The notes beneath the pieces are model-generated. The model ran no database searches. It had not been told where the DNA came from and worked only from the letters and a program-made list of their open reading frames with translations. A program made the position numbers and the translations under genes. A stretch of DNA of 10,453 nt, from the NCBI GenBank assembly GCA_043732305.1, contig JAYTHU010000171.1:1-10453 (forward strand), given 5' to 3'. Position 1 is the first letter of the stretch, and each line of letters starts with the position of its first letter. This DNA is from Oligoflexia bacterium. GTDB taxonomy: Bacteria; Bdellovibrionota; Bdellovibrionia; JABDDW01. Shown in pieces: positions 1 through 7,893 of the stretch.

Positions 1-8
1 CTTTCACA

Positions 9-71
9 CTATTTCTTAGCTTTTTTAGCTTTAGTTTTAGTGGTTTTTTTCTTCAATGTTTTTTTCGCCAT
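9..71 (-). CDS. Putative 20-aa Lys-rich micropeptide (MAKKTLKKKTTKTKAKKAKK)
   Basis: Read by hand, not in the ORF track. GGAGGA Shine-Dalgarno (76-81) lies 4 nt before ATG at 71; TAG at 9-11; overlaps the 3' end of the upstream ORF in the same operon. Confidence 0.5.
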   Translation of the reverse strand: MAKKTLKKKTTKTKAKKAKK

Positions 72-552
72 TTTGTCCTCCATTAATTGATGTTAGGGAT
101 GTTTTTGCAAACATATCATCTTTCGGTGGTTGGACTTCAAGGTCATGAAGCACTGGCTCTAAGGCCAAAACTTCCGAACTACTCCAAGCGCCGTCCATAC
201 CATTTACTTTAAATTTTTCGATGTAAGAAAAATACAACTTGTCCTTGGGGATTTTAATCGTAGCCTCATGAAAGCTTTTGAACGCTAGTCCCCAAGCTGC
301 CATTTTTTCCTCAGGAATAGTCTGACGCTTTTCTTTTTTGCCATCAGCCCCTTCGACTTCGATTTCTTCAATGTAAGATTTTAACAGTTTGTCGTAGGCT
401 TCATTGATTGTTTTTAGCTCTGCATCGAGAATTTTTGAAAGTCTTGCGATGTGATAAATGACCTTGCCCTCAAACCCTTGAGCTTTTGTCAGCTTTATCA
501 TTGCGCTAATAAATTCTGGATTCTTAAGTTGTCCCACTGAAATTTCGATCAT
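37..552 (-). CDS. Hypothetical phage protein, 171 aa (helical N-terminus loosely resembling DUF1617-type phage proteins)
   Basis: Long ORF in operon orientation with GGGGAG SD before the ATG. The segment KVIYHIARLSKILDAELKTINEAYDKLLKSY recalls DUF1617-like proteins; family call is tentative. Confidence 0.75.
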   Translation of the reverse strand: MIEISVGQLKNPEFISAMIKLTKAQGFEGKVIYHIARLSKILDAELKTINEAYDKLLKSYIEEIEVEGADGKKEKRQTIPEEKMAAWGLAFKSFHEATIKIPKDKLYFSYIEKFKVNGMDGAWSSSEVLALEPVLHDLEVQPPKDDMFAKTSLTSINGGQNGEKNIEEKNH

Positions 553-856
553 GCGGCTCCCCTTTGCTTATTGCTGTTAATTCTTTAAAAACTTCGGGCC
601 AACTCTCCGGGCTCACTTTTATGCCCAAACCTTTGGCTTTATTTATCTGATCTAGCTTGTAAGTTTGTAACAGATCCTCTGTTTCTTTGTCAGACTTTTT
701 AAGTTCTAGGGCGACAAAAAGTCCGTTCACGCACATCAAGAAATCAGGTGTCCCCCTAATGGACCGCTGCTGAATTTTTTCCACCCAAGTATTCTGAAGA
801 GATTTTAGGTGAGGGTGGATTCTCTCTTTGAATGTTGTCTCTTTTTTCTTTGCCAA
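524..856 (-). CDS. VRR-NUC domain PD-(D/E)XK nuclease, probable Holliday junction resolvase
   Basis: Motifs ETTF, GTPDFLMCVNGLFVALELK and LQTYKLDQI..AKG. Likely start is TTG at 856 with GAGGG SD at 863-867 rather than the track start at 880. Typical neighbour of phage PolA and SNF2 genes. Confidence 0.88.
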   Translation of the reverse strand: MAKKKETTFKERIHPHLKSLQNTWVEKIQQRSIRGTPDFLMCVNGLFVALELKKSDKETEDLLQTYKLDQINKAKGLGIKVSPESWPEVFKELTAISKGEPHDRNFSGTT

Positions 857-2810
857 TCGTATCCCTCGGATCGCCGTCAATCATGTCGTAGAAAGATTTT
901 AGGCTGTAGGACATAGAACATGTCAACGGTAAAGATCTTGATTGATATGCGGTCTCCATGATTTGCATAATTCCGCCGATCAATTCAAGCTCATCAAATG
1001 AAATTTCAAAAAGTAATTCATCATGAACTTGGACAATCATTCTGGATTTTTTATCAAGTAAGAAGTCATCAAGTCGGTTCATCGCGATTTTTACGACATC
1101 AGCACAGCCACCCTGAATCTTTGCGTTCGCTGCTTTGTAGGCCATTAATCCATACTCTGAGTGCGGAGTAAAATAAGCTCTCCTACCAAACCAAGTTTTA
1201 ATCCAGCCGTTGCCAGGATCTTTTTGATCCCTAATTTTTACCGCACCAGAACACTGCATGATGAAATTCTCCACCATTGGCAGACCTTGAAAGTATTTTT
1301 GTTTGAACTCTTTCATTTCTTGAATAATTGGTAGAGCAACATTTTTTTCTGCTTCATTCATAAGTCCCAAAGTTTTTTTCTCTTGGTGCCCTTCATAGAT
1401 CTTCAAACATCTTTTTTGCTCAGGTGTCATCTTTAGAATAGAGAACGCGAGCTTGATAATGCCCATTCCGTAGAGAAGTCCGAAGTTCAAGTTCTTTGCG
1501 GCCTTTCGACTGAGCTTTGTCAGCTCAGCAGTCGCGTCGTGTGGATCGTGGCCCTCTTTGATCTTGTTGATCAGCTCAGTTTGCCCGGCTTCATCAAGCA
1601 TCATGCGAAATTCCATCTGCTTATAGTCGATAGACAAAAATAAATAGCCCTCTCGTGGAACAAACGCCCTGCGAATTGGATAGGGTGAGTCGTCCACTAT
1701 TTCTGAGTCTTTGTCATCTGAGGGGATGTTTTGGAGGTTGGGGTCTCGGTAAGAAAATCTTCCCGTTCGTGTCCCAGCTTGCCGCATGTCTGCGTGGATA
1801 GCACCGCTAGAATCAGCAGCGTATATGTAAGATTTAAAATAAGTGTTCGCACGTTTTCGAGCTTCCCTAAAATCTTGAACGATCTTACCTAACGGATCTG
1901 TTACCGTTTCCAAAAATGCGTCGGTGATTTCATGCTCTCCCGTTGCAGTCTTGGCTGGTTTAAATCCGAGCCCTTCGAAGATGGGACCAAGACACTGCCC
2001 GGAGTCTGTGAGTTCGGTGTCTGTGTAATCAAAGAACTGGGTCTTCGCTTTTTCAATACGGTTAGTTTCAAATTTGACTGCTTCATCACAATACTCCCTG
2101 TCAATTTTTATTCCTACCTTTTCCATCTTGAAACAGGTGTGAATAAGCCGCTTCTCCATCTCATGTACATCCCACAAAGTCTTTGCACCTTGTGTGCCGC
2201 CTTCAGAAAGCGCTTTAATTTTTTCTAAATGAAGCTTTCCTAGTTTCAGAGTCAACCGGGTATCTTTACAGCCATAGGGTGCAATGAGTTCAAAAGGAAC
2301 TTGATCAAAGTGCAGCGCTTTTACGACCGTATCTTTTCCGGGAATTGTTTCAGCAGTAAATAATTTATTTTTTGTGATGTACTCCATCACCTTATCGTCT
2401 TTTGATTCACCAAGATCCCTCTTGGCTTGTTCATCAAGAGAATACTTCATGTGATCATTTCGAATAAGTCTTGCCATTACTTCGGTGTCATTCACATCAC
2501 AAGAGTCGAAATTTATTCCTTCCTTGTGAAGAAAGCGCATATCAAACTTTGCGTTCTGCATAAATATTCTTTTTAAATTAAACAAGACTTGTAAGTCTTT
2601 GATCTGATCAAAAGACAAAACCGCCTCTCCCGTCTTGTAGGTCTTAAAGTTGAAGTAATAATCTTCATGCTCGTCAGAAATCTGGATGGAGAAGAGGCGG
2701 TCTTTTTTATATGGAAAAAGCCCCGTGGTTTCCGTATCCACCGAAAGCTCTTGAGCCTCTACTAGTTTATTTATAGTGGCCTTAAAAGTTTCCGGTGTTA
2801 CAATAATCAT
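756..2810 (-). CDS. polA: Phage family A DNA polymerase with 3'-5' exonuclease domain, no 5'-3' exonuclease
   Basis: ExoI DTETTG, ExoII NAKFD, ExoIII YGCKD; TGRFSYRDPNLQNIP; motif A DYKQMEFR; motif B RKAAKNLNFGLLYG; motif C VHDEL. Confidence 0.97.
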   Translation of the reverse strand: MIIVTPETFKATINKLVEAQELSVDTETTGLFPYKKDRLFSIQISDEHEDYYFNFKTYKTGEAVLSFDQIKDLQVLFNLKRIFMQNAKFDMRFLHKEGINFDSCDVNDTEVMARLIRNDHMKYSLDEQAKRDLGESKDDKVMEYITKNKLFTAETIPGKDTVVKALHFDQVPFELIAPYGCKDTRLTLKLGKLHLEKIKALSEGGTQGAKTLWDVHEMEKRLIHTCFKMEKVGIKIDREYCDEAVKFETNRIEKAKTQFFDYTDTELTDSGQCLGPIFEGLGFKPAKTATGEHEITDAFLETVTDPLGKIVQDFREARKRANTYFKSYIYAADSSGAIHADMRQAGTRTGRFSYRDPNLQNIPSDDKDSEIVDDSPYPIRRAFVPREGYLFLSIDYKQMEFRMMLDEAGQTELINKIKEGHDPHDATAELTKLSRKAAKNLNFGLLYGMGIIKLAFSILKMTPEQKRCLKIYEGHQEKKTLGLMNEAEKNVALPIIQEMKEFKQKYFQGLPMVENFIMQCSGAVKIRDQKDPGNGWIKTWFGRRAYFTPHSEYGLMAYKAANAKIQGGCADVVKIAMNRLDDFLLDKKSRMIVQVHDELLFEISFDELELIGGIMQIMETAYQSRSLPLTCSMSYSLKSFYDMIDGDPRDTIGKEKRDNIQRENPPSPKISSEYLGGKNSAAVH

Positions 2811-2977
2811 GCGACTTTTTTACCTTTTTTCTTTAAAAAATCTTCTAGAACATTTCGCATCAAGGCAGATAGGGTGGTTCCTTTTTCCTCAGCGATTTCA
2901 GCAAAAGCATCGCGCTGAGTTTTTTTGACGTATGTGTAAAGATACGCATTTCCCTTTTTAACAACCTTTTTTGCCAT
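2807..2977 (-). CDS. Ribbon-helix-helix (CopG/Arc-like) DNA-binding protein, 56 aa
   Basis: Not in the track. Translates as MAKKVVKKGNAYLYTYVKKTQRDAFAEIAEEKGTTLSALMRNVLEDFLKKKGKKVA: a short beta-strand (YLYTYV), a helix, a G-T-T-L-S turn and a second helix. AAGGAG SD upstream; its TGA overlaps the polymerase ATG (ATGA). Confidence 0.82.
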   Translation of the reverse strand: MAKKVVKKGNAYLYTYVKKTQRDAFAEIAEEKGTTLSALMRNVLEDFLKKKGKKVA

Positions 2978-2985
2978 GTTACTCC

Positions 2986-3774
2986 TTAAAAGCGAGACTC
3001 ATCCACTGAGGCACTTGCACCCGTTGAGGCGTCCTCTTCAGACTCATCCACTGTTATGTTTCTTGTTTTATCAGTTAGAATTTTTGACCAACGCTTGATC
3101 TTTGCAAAATATTCTTTTGGCGTTGTTTTCATTTTGTTGTTCTCCATTTTTGGTTGAACAGAAAATGTATAAAATATTCCCTTATCATTTTGTTTCTTAG
3201 CACACGACACACTCATCATGTAAGTGTAGTAAGGCATCTCGACAGCTTCGACTGAAGCAAGCAGCGTGTTGACTTGTTGGCCCGCTTTGTAGCTTGTGCG
3301 AGAAAAGCTGATCGCTGTTGGAAGTGCTACTGGATCTTGGGCATCTTCTTCGGTGAATCCATAAACATCAATCGTAAGATCAAACTCCCACATTGATTTT
3401 TGTTGTGGATTCATTTGCGAGGCCATTTCTTCTTGAAGCGGTCGATTCGCATTTTGAGCAGTGTATGGCTCAACGCCACGGTATTGATTCTTTCCGTTTA
3501 CTTTTTCAAAACGCTTCCAATATTTTTTTAAGGTAATTGGGATAAATGTAACCGCTTGAGTGGGACCGCCCAAAACTACTCCTGTGAGTGAGTTTCTGAT
3601 GTCACCCATCTTTGCATTTCCTTCGGCTACGGCGGCAGAAATACCCTGCGCGAGTAGTAGTCTGGGGACAACAATATCAGACGAGTCTACGACTGATTTT
3701 CTTTCCTGGTAAACTGCTGGCGGGGGTGTCGCCTTTTTTGTTACAATTTCTTTTGTCTGTTCTTGCTTCGCCAT
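2986..3774 (-). CDS. Putative single-stranded DNA-binding protein of the phage replication module
   Basis: Start reassigned to ATG 3774 (AAGGAG SD at 3782-3787). The IVVPRLLLAQGIS...AKMGDIRNSLTG N-terminus is typical of proteins encoded next to phage PolA, and the acidic tail ending in Phe (VDESEEDA...VDESRF) is SSB-like. Function is inferred. Confidence 0.65.
   Translation of the reverse strand: MAKQEQTKEIVTKKATPPPAVYQERKSVVDSSDIVVPRLLLAQGISAAVAEGNAKMGDIRNSLTGVVLGGPTQAVTFIPITLKKYWKRFEKVNGKNQYRGVEPYTAQNANRPLQEEMASQMNPQQKSMWEFDLTIDVYGFTEEDAQDPVALPTAISFSRTSYKAGQQVNTLLASVEAVEMPYYTYMMSVSCAKKQNDKGIFYTFSVQPKMENNKMKTTPKEYFAKIKRWSKILTDKTRNITVDESEEDASTGASASVDESRF
2995..3053. repeat. 14-bp direct repeat AGACTCATCCACTG (2995-3008 and 3040-3053)
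   Basis: Exact copies 45 bp apart, each encoding VDES in the acidic tail of the SSB-like protein. Confidence 0.8.
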
Positions 3775-3824
3775 TTCATTGCTCCTTTGATTCGTCCTCG
3801 TTGACATAATTGCCATAAGGGACC

Positions 3825-4259
3825 TTATAATTTTGTTACTGCAATACTTTTTCTTTTTGTTGGTAGCTCAAGTCCCGGAATAAAAGCTCCCGGTTCGCCT
3901 CTTGCAATCGCTGCCTGATTTTCTGAATTATACCAAGAAGCCAATGTCTTAGCGTGGACCGTTGCCAGCGCATCAAAATGGCCGATACTCTTCAAATACT
4001 CAAAGAATACTTCTTTCTGTTCGCCTTTCGGTGTCGCAAGCTGAAAGGTTTCCCTAATGCCTAAACGCTTTCCTGCATCTTCAAAATCAAAACCCTTCAT
4101 AGAATTTTCTTCAAGCATAGAGATTAATTTTACTTCAAGCTCTGAGCGCTCTTTACCAAGACGTGAAGCAATTTTTTCTGCTTCATCTTGATCGTTTCTT
4201 TTTTTAATAATTTGATCGCAAACATCTTTGAGCGCTTTTATTGTAACGTCTGAATTCAT
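3825..4259 (-). CDS. Conserved phage hypothetical protein, 144 aa, of the type found between helicase and SSB genes
   Basis: Coiled-coil N-terminus followed by FFEYLKSIG...TVHAKTLASW...GEP..IPGL, a pattern common in siphovirus replication modules; function unknown. Confidence 0.75.
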   Translation of the reverse strand: MNSDVTIKALKDVCDQIIKKRNDQDEAEKIASRLGKERSELEVKLISMLEENSMKGFDFEDAGKRLGIRETFQLATPKGEQKEVFFEYLKSIGHFDALATVHAKTLASWYNSENQAAIARGEPGAFIPGLELPTKRKSIAVTKL

Positions 4260-4285
4260 ATCAACTCTTTTTAAAAAAATTTTAT

Positions 4286-5716
4286 TTATAATGTTTTAGC
4301 AACATCCCGAAGTAACTTATCACCTATCTCTTGTTTATTTGCAAGTGCTTGCAAAATACTCTCATCAATTGTGCCTTGCGCTACTAGATCAATTCGCGTG
4401 ACGGACTCGTGCATCTCAGATCCTCCTCTGTAGTTGCGCGCCTCACTTTGAATGTCATGTTCAAGCGAGAAATTACGGGAATAATAAATCGCATAAGAAG
4501 CCTGCACCAAATTGATCCCGATACCAGCCGCACCCTGATTTCCCAAAAAAACTTTGATGTTAGTATCTGAACAAAAAGAACTAATGGCCGTTTCTCGGTC
4601 TTTGTTTGAAACTTCTCCATGGGCTTCGACATAGGTGACTTTCATTTTGTGTAAAAGATCTTTGATCTGTTTATAGTTTTCTCTCCAGCATGCCCAAATA
4701 ATTACTTGGTGCCCACTTTCAACAACAAGATCCTCTAACACCTCTTCAAGTGCATCGATCCTTGGATTTTCTTTTAACTGCACCACTTCCTCGACACCCT
4801 CAAGCTGAATAAATCCAGAAACAATTTGTTGAAGTCTGAGGCCCTTTGTTATCGCAAGCTGCGCAGTACAAGCTTTGTCCCCTAAAAAAGTAATAAAATT
4901 TTTCTTCATCATCTCGTAATGTTTTATTTGTTCTTTTGAAAGCGCAATCGGAATTGTTTTTCTCACCATAGGGGGGAGGTCTAAGCATTCAGATTTTTTG
5001 ATGTGCATTGTGATGCGATTAATTTTTTCGGAAATTTCTTCCACTGCCCCTGCACGAATACGCCAATCAGGCCAGGTGACGTGACTGGGCGCACCAGCGT
5101 TTTTATTAAAAAAGAATTGTCTCTGAAACGCGTAAAAATTCGTTCCACATGGTGCAAAGGTCCGTCCTCCGTCGAGAAATAAAAACTGACTGAATAGGTC
5201 GGTCGGAGATTGAAGTACCGGCGTTCCTGTGAGGATGTACTTATAATTAGTTTCTCGGGAAAGGGTGATAAGTGCTTTAGTTCGCTTTGAACTATGGTTT
5301 TTAATTCTGTGTGACTCATCGGCCACAATACATTCAAATCCGTACCACTCGAAAGCTTTAAAAACTTTATCCATGAGAAGGGTTTCGTAATTACAGATAA
5401 AAATTTTTGGATTTTTTTCAGCCCCCGCTGCCTTGATGATTGCATCGTGTCTTTCATTGCCCGATCCCTTTAGTAAAATAATATCTTGATCTTGAATTTT
5501 TGAATATTTTAAAATTTCATTTCGCCAGTTCGACATCACGACTTGCGGTGCAAGAACAAGAGTTCTTAACAGTCGCCCGTTGTTGGCAAACTTTTGTCTG
5601 ATAATATCAATGACCGTTCTTGTTTTTCCGGTGCCAGCTTCAAAAAATAATCCAAAATGATTTAAATTTTTTGCGCGCTCAATGGCTTCTCGCTGGTGCT
5701 TCCAAAGTTCATTCAT
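4286..5716 (-). CDS. SNF2-related superfamily 2 helicase/ATPase
   Basis: Q motif LWKHQ, Walker A GTGKT, DESH box, motif III TGTP, motif V AGIGINL, motif VI QSEARNYRGG. Confidence 0.95.
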   Translation of the reverse strand: MNELWKHQREAIERAKNLNHFGLFFEAGTGKTRTVIDIIRQKFANNGRLLRTLVLAPQVVMSNWRNEILKYSKIQDQDIILLKGSGNERHDAIIKAAGAEKNPKIFICNYETLLMDKVFKAFEWYGFECIVADESHRIKNHSSKRTKALITLSRETNYKYILTGTPVLQSPTDLFSQFLFLDGGRTFAPCGTNFYAFQRQFFFNKNAGAPSHVTWPDWRIRAGAVEEISEKINRITMHIKKSECLDLPPMVRKTIPIALSKEQIKHYEMMKKNFITFLGDKACTAQLAITKGLRLQQIVSGFIQLEGVEEVVQLKENPRIDALEEVLEDLVVESGHQVIIWACWRENYKQIKDLLHKMKVTYVEAHGEVSNKDRETAISSFCSDTNIKVFLGNQGAAGIGINLVQASYAIYYSRNFSLEHDIQSEARNYRGGSEMHESVTRIDLVAQGTIDESILQALANKQEIGDKLLRDVAKTL

Positions 5717-5719
5717 TAA

Positions 5720-6415
5720 TCACCAATACAAATAGTTGATGTCGTTTGATTTGAAAGCGTGAAACTGTAGGGTGATTCGCCAATCTAGCTTTGTGATGGG
5801 GCGCTTGAGAGGTGCGATTGCATGGGTGAATTGGCCGCTATGCAAGTACATGGCGCGCTCCTTATAAGTAAGGTCCATCTCAAGGTCCTCGCCAAAGAGT
5901 AAGTGTGGCCCTTGCTTCGGAAGTGTCAGCGCATAAGTTCCTGACAAGTGATCTGTTATTTGAACTTCTAGCTCTGGAAATTTATTGAAAGCATTCCACT
6001 GAAGATCTTGGTGCTTGTGTCCAAAAAACTCCGCAGAAGATAAGTGCGGTGGAAAGATATGAAATCCGGGGAACGCGAACTGCGGGTATAGCTTCCAAGC
6101 ATAGTCCCACTCTTCACCAGTCGCATCTCTGAGATTTACTGGCAAAACTTTCCAGAAAGAATCAAACTCTGCTTCAAGAACTGAATTAAAATATTTTAGC
6201 TTCTGGCAATATTTAATCCAGCCGACCTCATCCTTGAGATCCATATATAAACTTGTGCCGAGCGTGAACCACTTTGCATTCTTATACCGGGGTACCCTAT
6301 CTGTACGAGTCTCCCACAAAGTCTCCCTATCAAAAAGTCTCTCAAGCAAAACATTATTGTCCTGCTCTGATAAAAATCCTGGAAACTCTACAATCTCAAA
6401 GGGCTCGAACTTCAC
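5720..6415 (-). CDS. Putative 2-oxoglutarate/Fe(II)-dependent dioxygenase
   Basis: PGFHIF strand, HxD (HQD, 6005-6013), distal His (THAIAP) and WRITLQFH with the 2OG-binding Arg. GTG start overlaps the stop of the upstream membrane gene (GTGA). Confidence 0.75.
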   Translation of the reverse strand: MKFEPFEIVEFPGFLSEQDNNVLLERLFDRETLWETRTDRVPRYKNAKWFTLGTSLYMDLKDEVGWIKYCQKLKYFNSVLEAEFDSFWKVLPVNLRDATGEEWDYAWKLYPQFAFPGFHIFPPHLSSAEFFGHKHQDLQWNAFNKFPELEVQITDHLSGTYALTLPKQGPHLLFGEDLEMDLTYKERAMYLHSGQFTHAIAPLKRPITKLDWRITLQFHAFKSNDINYLYW

Positions 6416-6597
6416 TTCACAAGCCTTACTTGTGGAAATCCTGTCAGTAAACCGAACGCTTGCAAAACATAAATCGCAAGGCAGACAATCGCGATCACAT
6501 AGATCGCATTCTTAAACTGCGGCGGCATGGGGACAAGTGTTGTGATGGCCCAAACTAGTAATCCGAAAACTGCAATAATCACGATCAAAGAAATCAT
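6412..6597 (-). CDS. Small two-helix membrane protein, 61 aa (Thivi_2564-like)
   Basis: Start reassigned to ATG 6597 (GGAGG SD). Two hydrophobic helices joined by VPMPPQFK and ending LQAFGLL, matching the pattern I recall for Thivi_2564-family proteins. Confidence 0.8.
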   Translation of the reverse strand: MISLIVIIAVFGLLVWAITTLVPMPPQFKNAIYVIAIVCLAIYVLQAFGLLTGFPQVRLVK

Positions 6598-6617
6598 AAA
6601 TCCTCCGTTAATAATTT

Positions 6618-6851
6618 TTAACAAATTAGCTTTCTGCGTTCCATCTCTAGGGCGATTCGTCTTGCAATAAAGCCTAGCTGCTCATTTGATAAAGTGTGCA
6701 AGAGAAGGTTATCTGTTTTTTCTGTAACCTCAAAAGTAATCTCACGAACCACTTTCTTAGGCGGCTCATTGATTCTTTCCGGTATGTTGTGCTTTCGTTC
6801 GTACTCTTTTATTTCTTGAAACGTCATCTGCTTCGGGTCCTGGAGACTCAT
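6618..6851 (-). CDS. Hypothetical protein, 77 aa
   Basis: Operon strand, AAGGA upstream of the ATG, fills the gap between neighbours; no recognisable motif. Confidence 0.6.
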   Translation of the reverse strand: MSLQDPKQMTFQEIKEYERKHNIPERINEPPKKVVREITFEVTEKTDNLLLHTLSNEQLGFIARRIALEMERRKLIC

Positions 6852-7071
6852 AATATTCCTTCTCGGTCGCTGGTTGCATGGAAATAATTTTCAGCATCGA
6901 CATCTTTAGCTCAAAGAATGCTTCGTGCTTACCCTTCATCCATTTTATCATTGTTTGATTTATCGGGATCTCTTGGCTGAATTTTTTGTTTCTTGTCTGA
7001 AATAAACACATTGGATTATCAACAATCAATCTTGGTATTGTTACCTTCACAATTAATGTTTCAATCTTCAT
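6766..7071 (-). CDS. Hypothetical phage protein, 101 aa
   Basis: Operon strand; ATG overlaps an upstream TGA (ATGA at 7068-7071); its 3' end overlaps the next ORF. Confidence 0.65.
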   Translation of the reverse strand: MKIETLIVKVTIPRLIVDNPMCLFQTRNKKFSQEIPINQTMIKWMKGKHEAFFELKMSMLKIISMQPATEKEYYESPGPEADDVSRNKRVRTKAQHTGKNQ

Positions 7072-7139
7072 CGCATGCTCTCATCCCAAGGAAATGCTTG
7101 GTACTCTTCTCGAGCCTCTTGCCTAAACTCTTCAATCAT
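7068..7139 (-). CDS. Possible 23-aa micro-ORF (MIEEFRQEAREEYQAFPWDESMR)
   Basis: 3' part of track ORF 7068..7259; starts 4 nt after the upstream stop and ends in an ATGA overlap with the next gene. No clear SD. Confidence 0.35.
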   Translation of the reverse strand: MIEEFRQEAREEYQAFPWDESMR

Positions 7140-7143
7140 TTTT

Positions 7144-7347
7144 TCAATAGTCTTTGTCAAAGTCCTCTTTGGAGCTTTCTTTCGGCTCAAAACATTTTTT
7201 ACAAATTTCATTCTCATCCAATTTGCAGTGCTCTTCACACGATTTGCAATGTCCAACATGACTAAACTCCCATTCTGTAAATTTTTGGTTATCGTTCCAT
7301 GGCGCGTCGGGATCGTTTGCAGCCCCGTCTGGGTAGTTGTTACTCAT
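7144..7347 (-). CDS. Small Cys-rich hypothetical protein, 67 aa, possible zinc finger
   Basis: ATG at 7347 coupled to the upstream stop (TGATG); YPDGAANDPDAPWN motif followed by CKSC and CKKC pairs. Confidence 0.7.
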   Translation of the reverse strand: MSNNYPDGAANDPDAPWNDNQKFTEWEFSHVGHCKSCEEHCKLDENEICKKCFEPKESSKEDFDKDY

Positions 7348-7628
7348 CAGCACATCTTATCCATCATTTTTTCAAGAATCTTTTCTACCATTTCCTCATT
7401 CACATTTGCTTTGACCCGGTTCTCAAGCTCTCTGTCACTGAGCTTTCTGAGCTGCTGATCAAGGATTTCTACGCGAGATAAAAGCTTTCGGTTCTCGTCT
7501 CTTACTGTCGTTTCACTTTTGAGTAAATCTTTTTTTTGTGCTTCTAAGATCATGTTGGCTTCTCTGATTCTATCAATTTCTCTTAGTGCTTCTTGAAGCG
7601 AATGAATTTCTGTAACAAGTTCTGGCAT
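7347..7628 (-). CDS. Coiled-coil hypothetical protein, 93 aa; first gene of the leftward operon
   Basis: AGGAG SD 5 nt before the ATG; heptad-like Leu/Glu/Arg/Lys pattern. Confidence 0.75.
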   Translation of the reverse strand: MPELVTEIHSLQEALREIDRIREANMILEAQKKDLLKSETTVRDENRKLLSRVEILDQQLRKLSDRELENRVKANVNEEMVEKILEKMMDKMC

Positions 7629-7766
7629 TTTTTCTCCTGATTTTAAATGGTAACTATTTATTGTTTTAACAACATCCTTGAGTGAACTAAAAATAAATTC
7701 AGAATCGTAATTACTAATTTTTAATTCCTTTTTAATTGAGGCTCAAACGAATAGTTTGCTTAGAAG

Positions 7767-7784
7767 TATTATGCAAGCATAATA
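7767..7784. promoter_or_regulatory. Operator-like palindrome TATTATGC-AA-GCATAATA overlapping candidate promoter elements
   Basis: Perfect 8-bp arms with a 2-bp spacer in the divergent intergenic region; overlaps a possible rightward TTGCTT(7756)-N16-CATAAT or N18-TAATAT promoter. Confidence 0.55.
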
Positions 7785-7800
7785 TTTTGACGCTAATAAT

Positions 7801-7853
7801 AAAAACGCCCGCAAACTATTTCCCAAATGAACTTGGTCAATTATCTGCGGGCG
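7801..7853 (-). terminator. Candidate intrinsic terminator on the minus strand
   Basis: CGCCCGCA (7806-7813) and TGCGGGCG (7846-7853) form a GC-rich stem with an inner CCAA/TTGG stem, followed on the minus strand by UUUUU (7805-7801). Confidence 0.55.
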
Positions 7854-7893
7854 AAACCAATTCTAATGCTTGGGGCAAAAGAATGTTTGTGAA

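Noticed and set aside
756..2810. DpoZ-type polymerase of a 2-aminoadenine genome
   Set aside because: No purZ, datZ or mazZ-like gene in the window and no diagnostic feature I can identify by eye.
1901..5457. Track ORFs 1901..2104, 1932..2228, 3612..3809, 4384..4632, 4800..4988 and 4981..5457
   Set aside because: Fully nested in polA, the SSB-like gene or the SNF2 helicase, with no motifs.
7140..7259. 5' part of track ORF 7068..7259
   Set aside because: Overlaps the better supported Cys-rich ORF in another frame; only the 3' 23 codons are kept as a tentative micro-ORF.
6234..7481. Plus-strand track ORFs 6234..6515, 6696..6887, 6993..7265, 7075..7458 and 7299..7481
   Set aside because: Antisense to a coupled minus-strand operon, with Ser/Phe/Leu-rich shadow composition.
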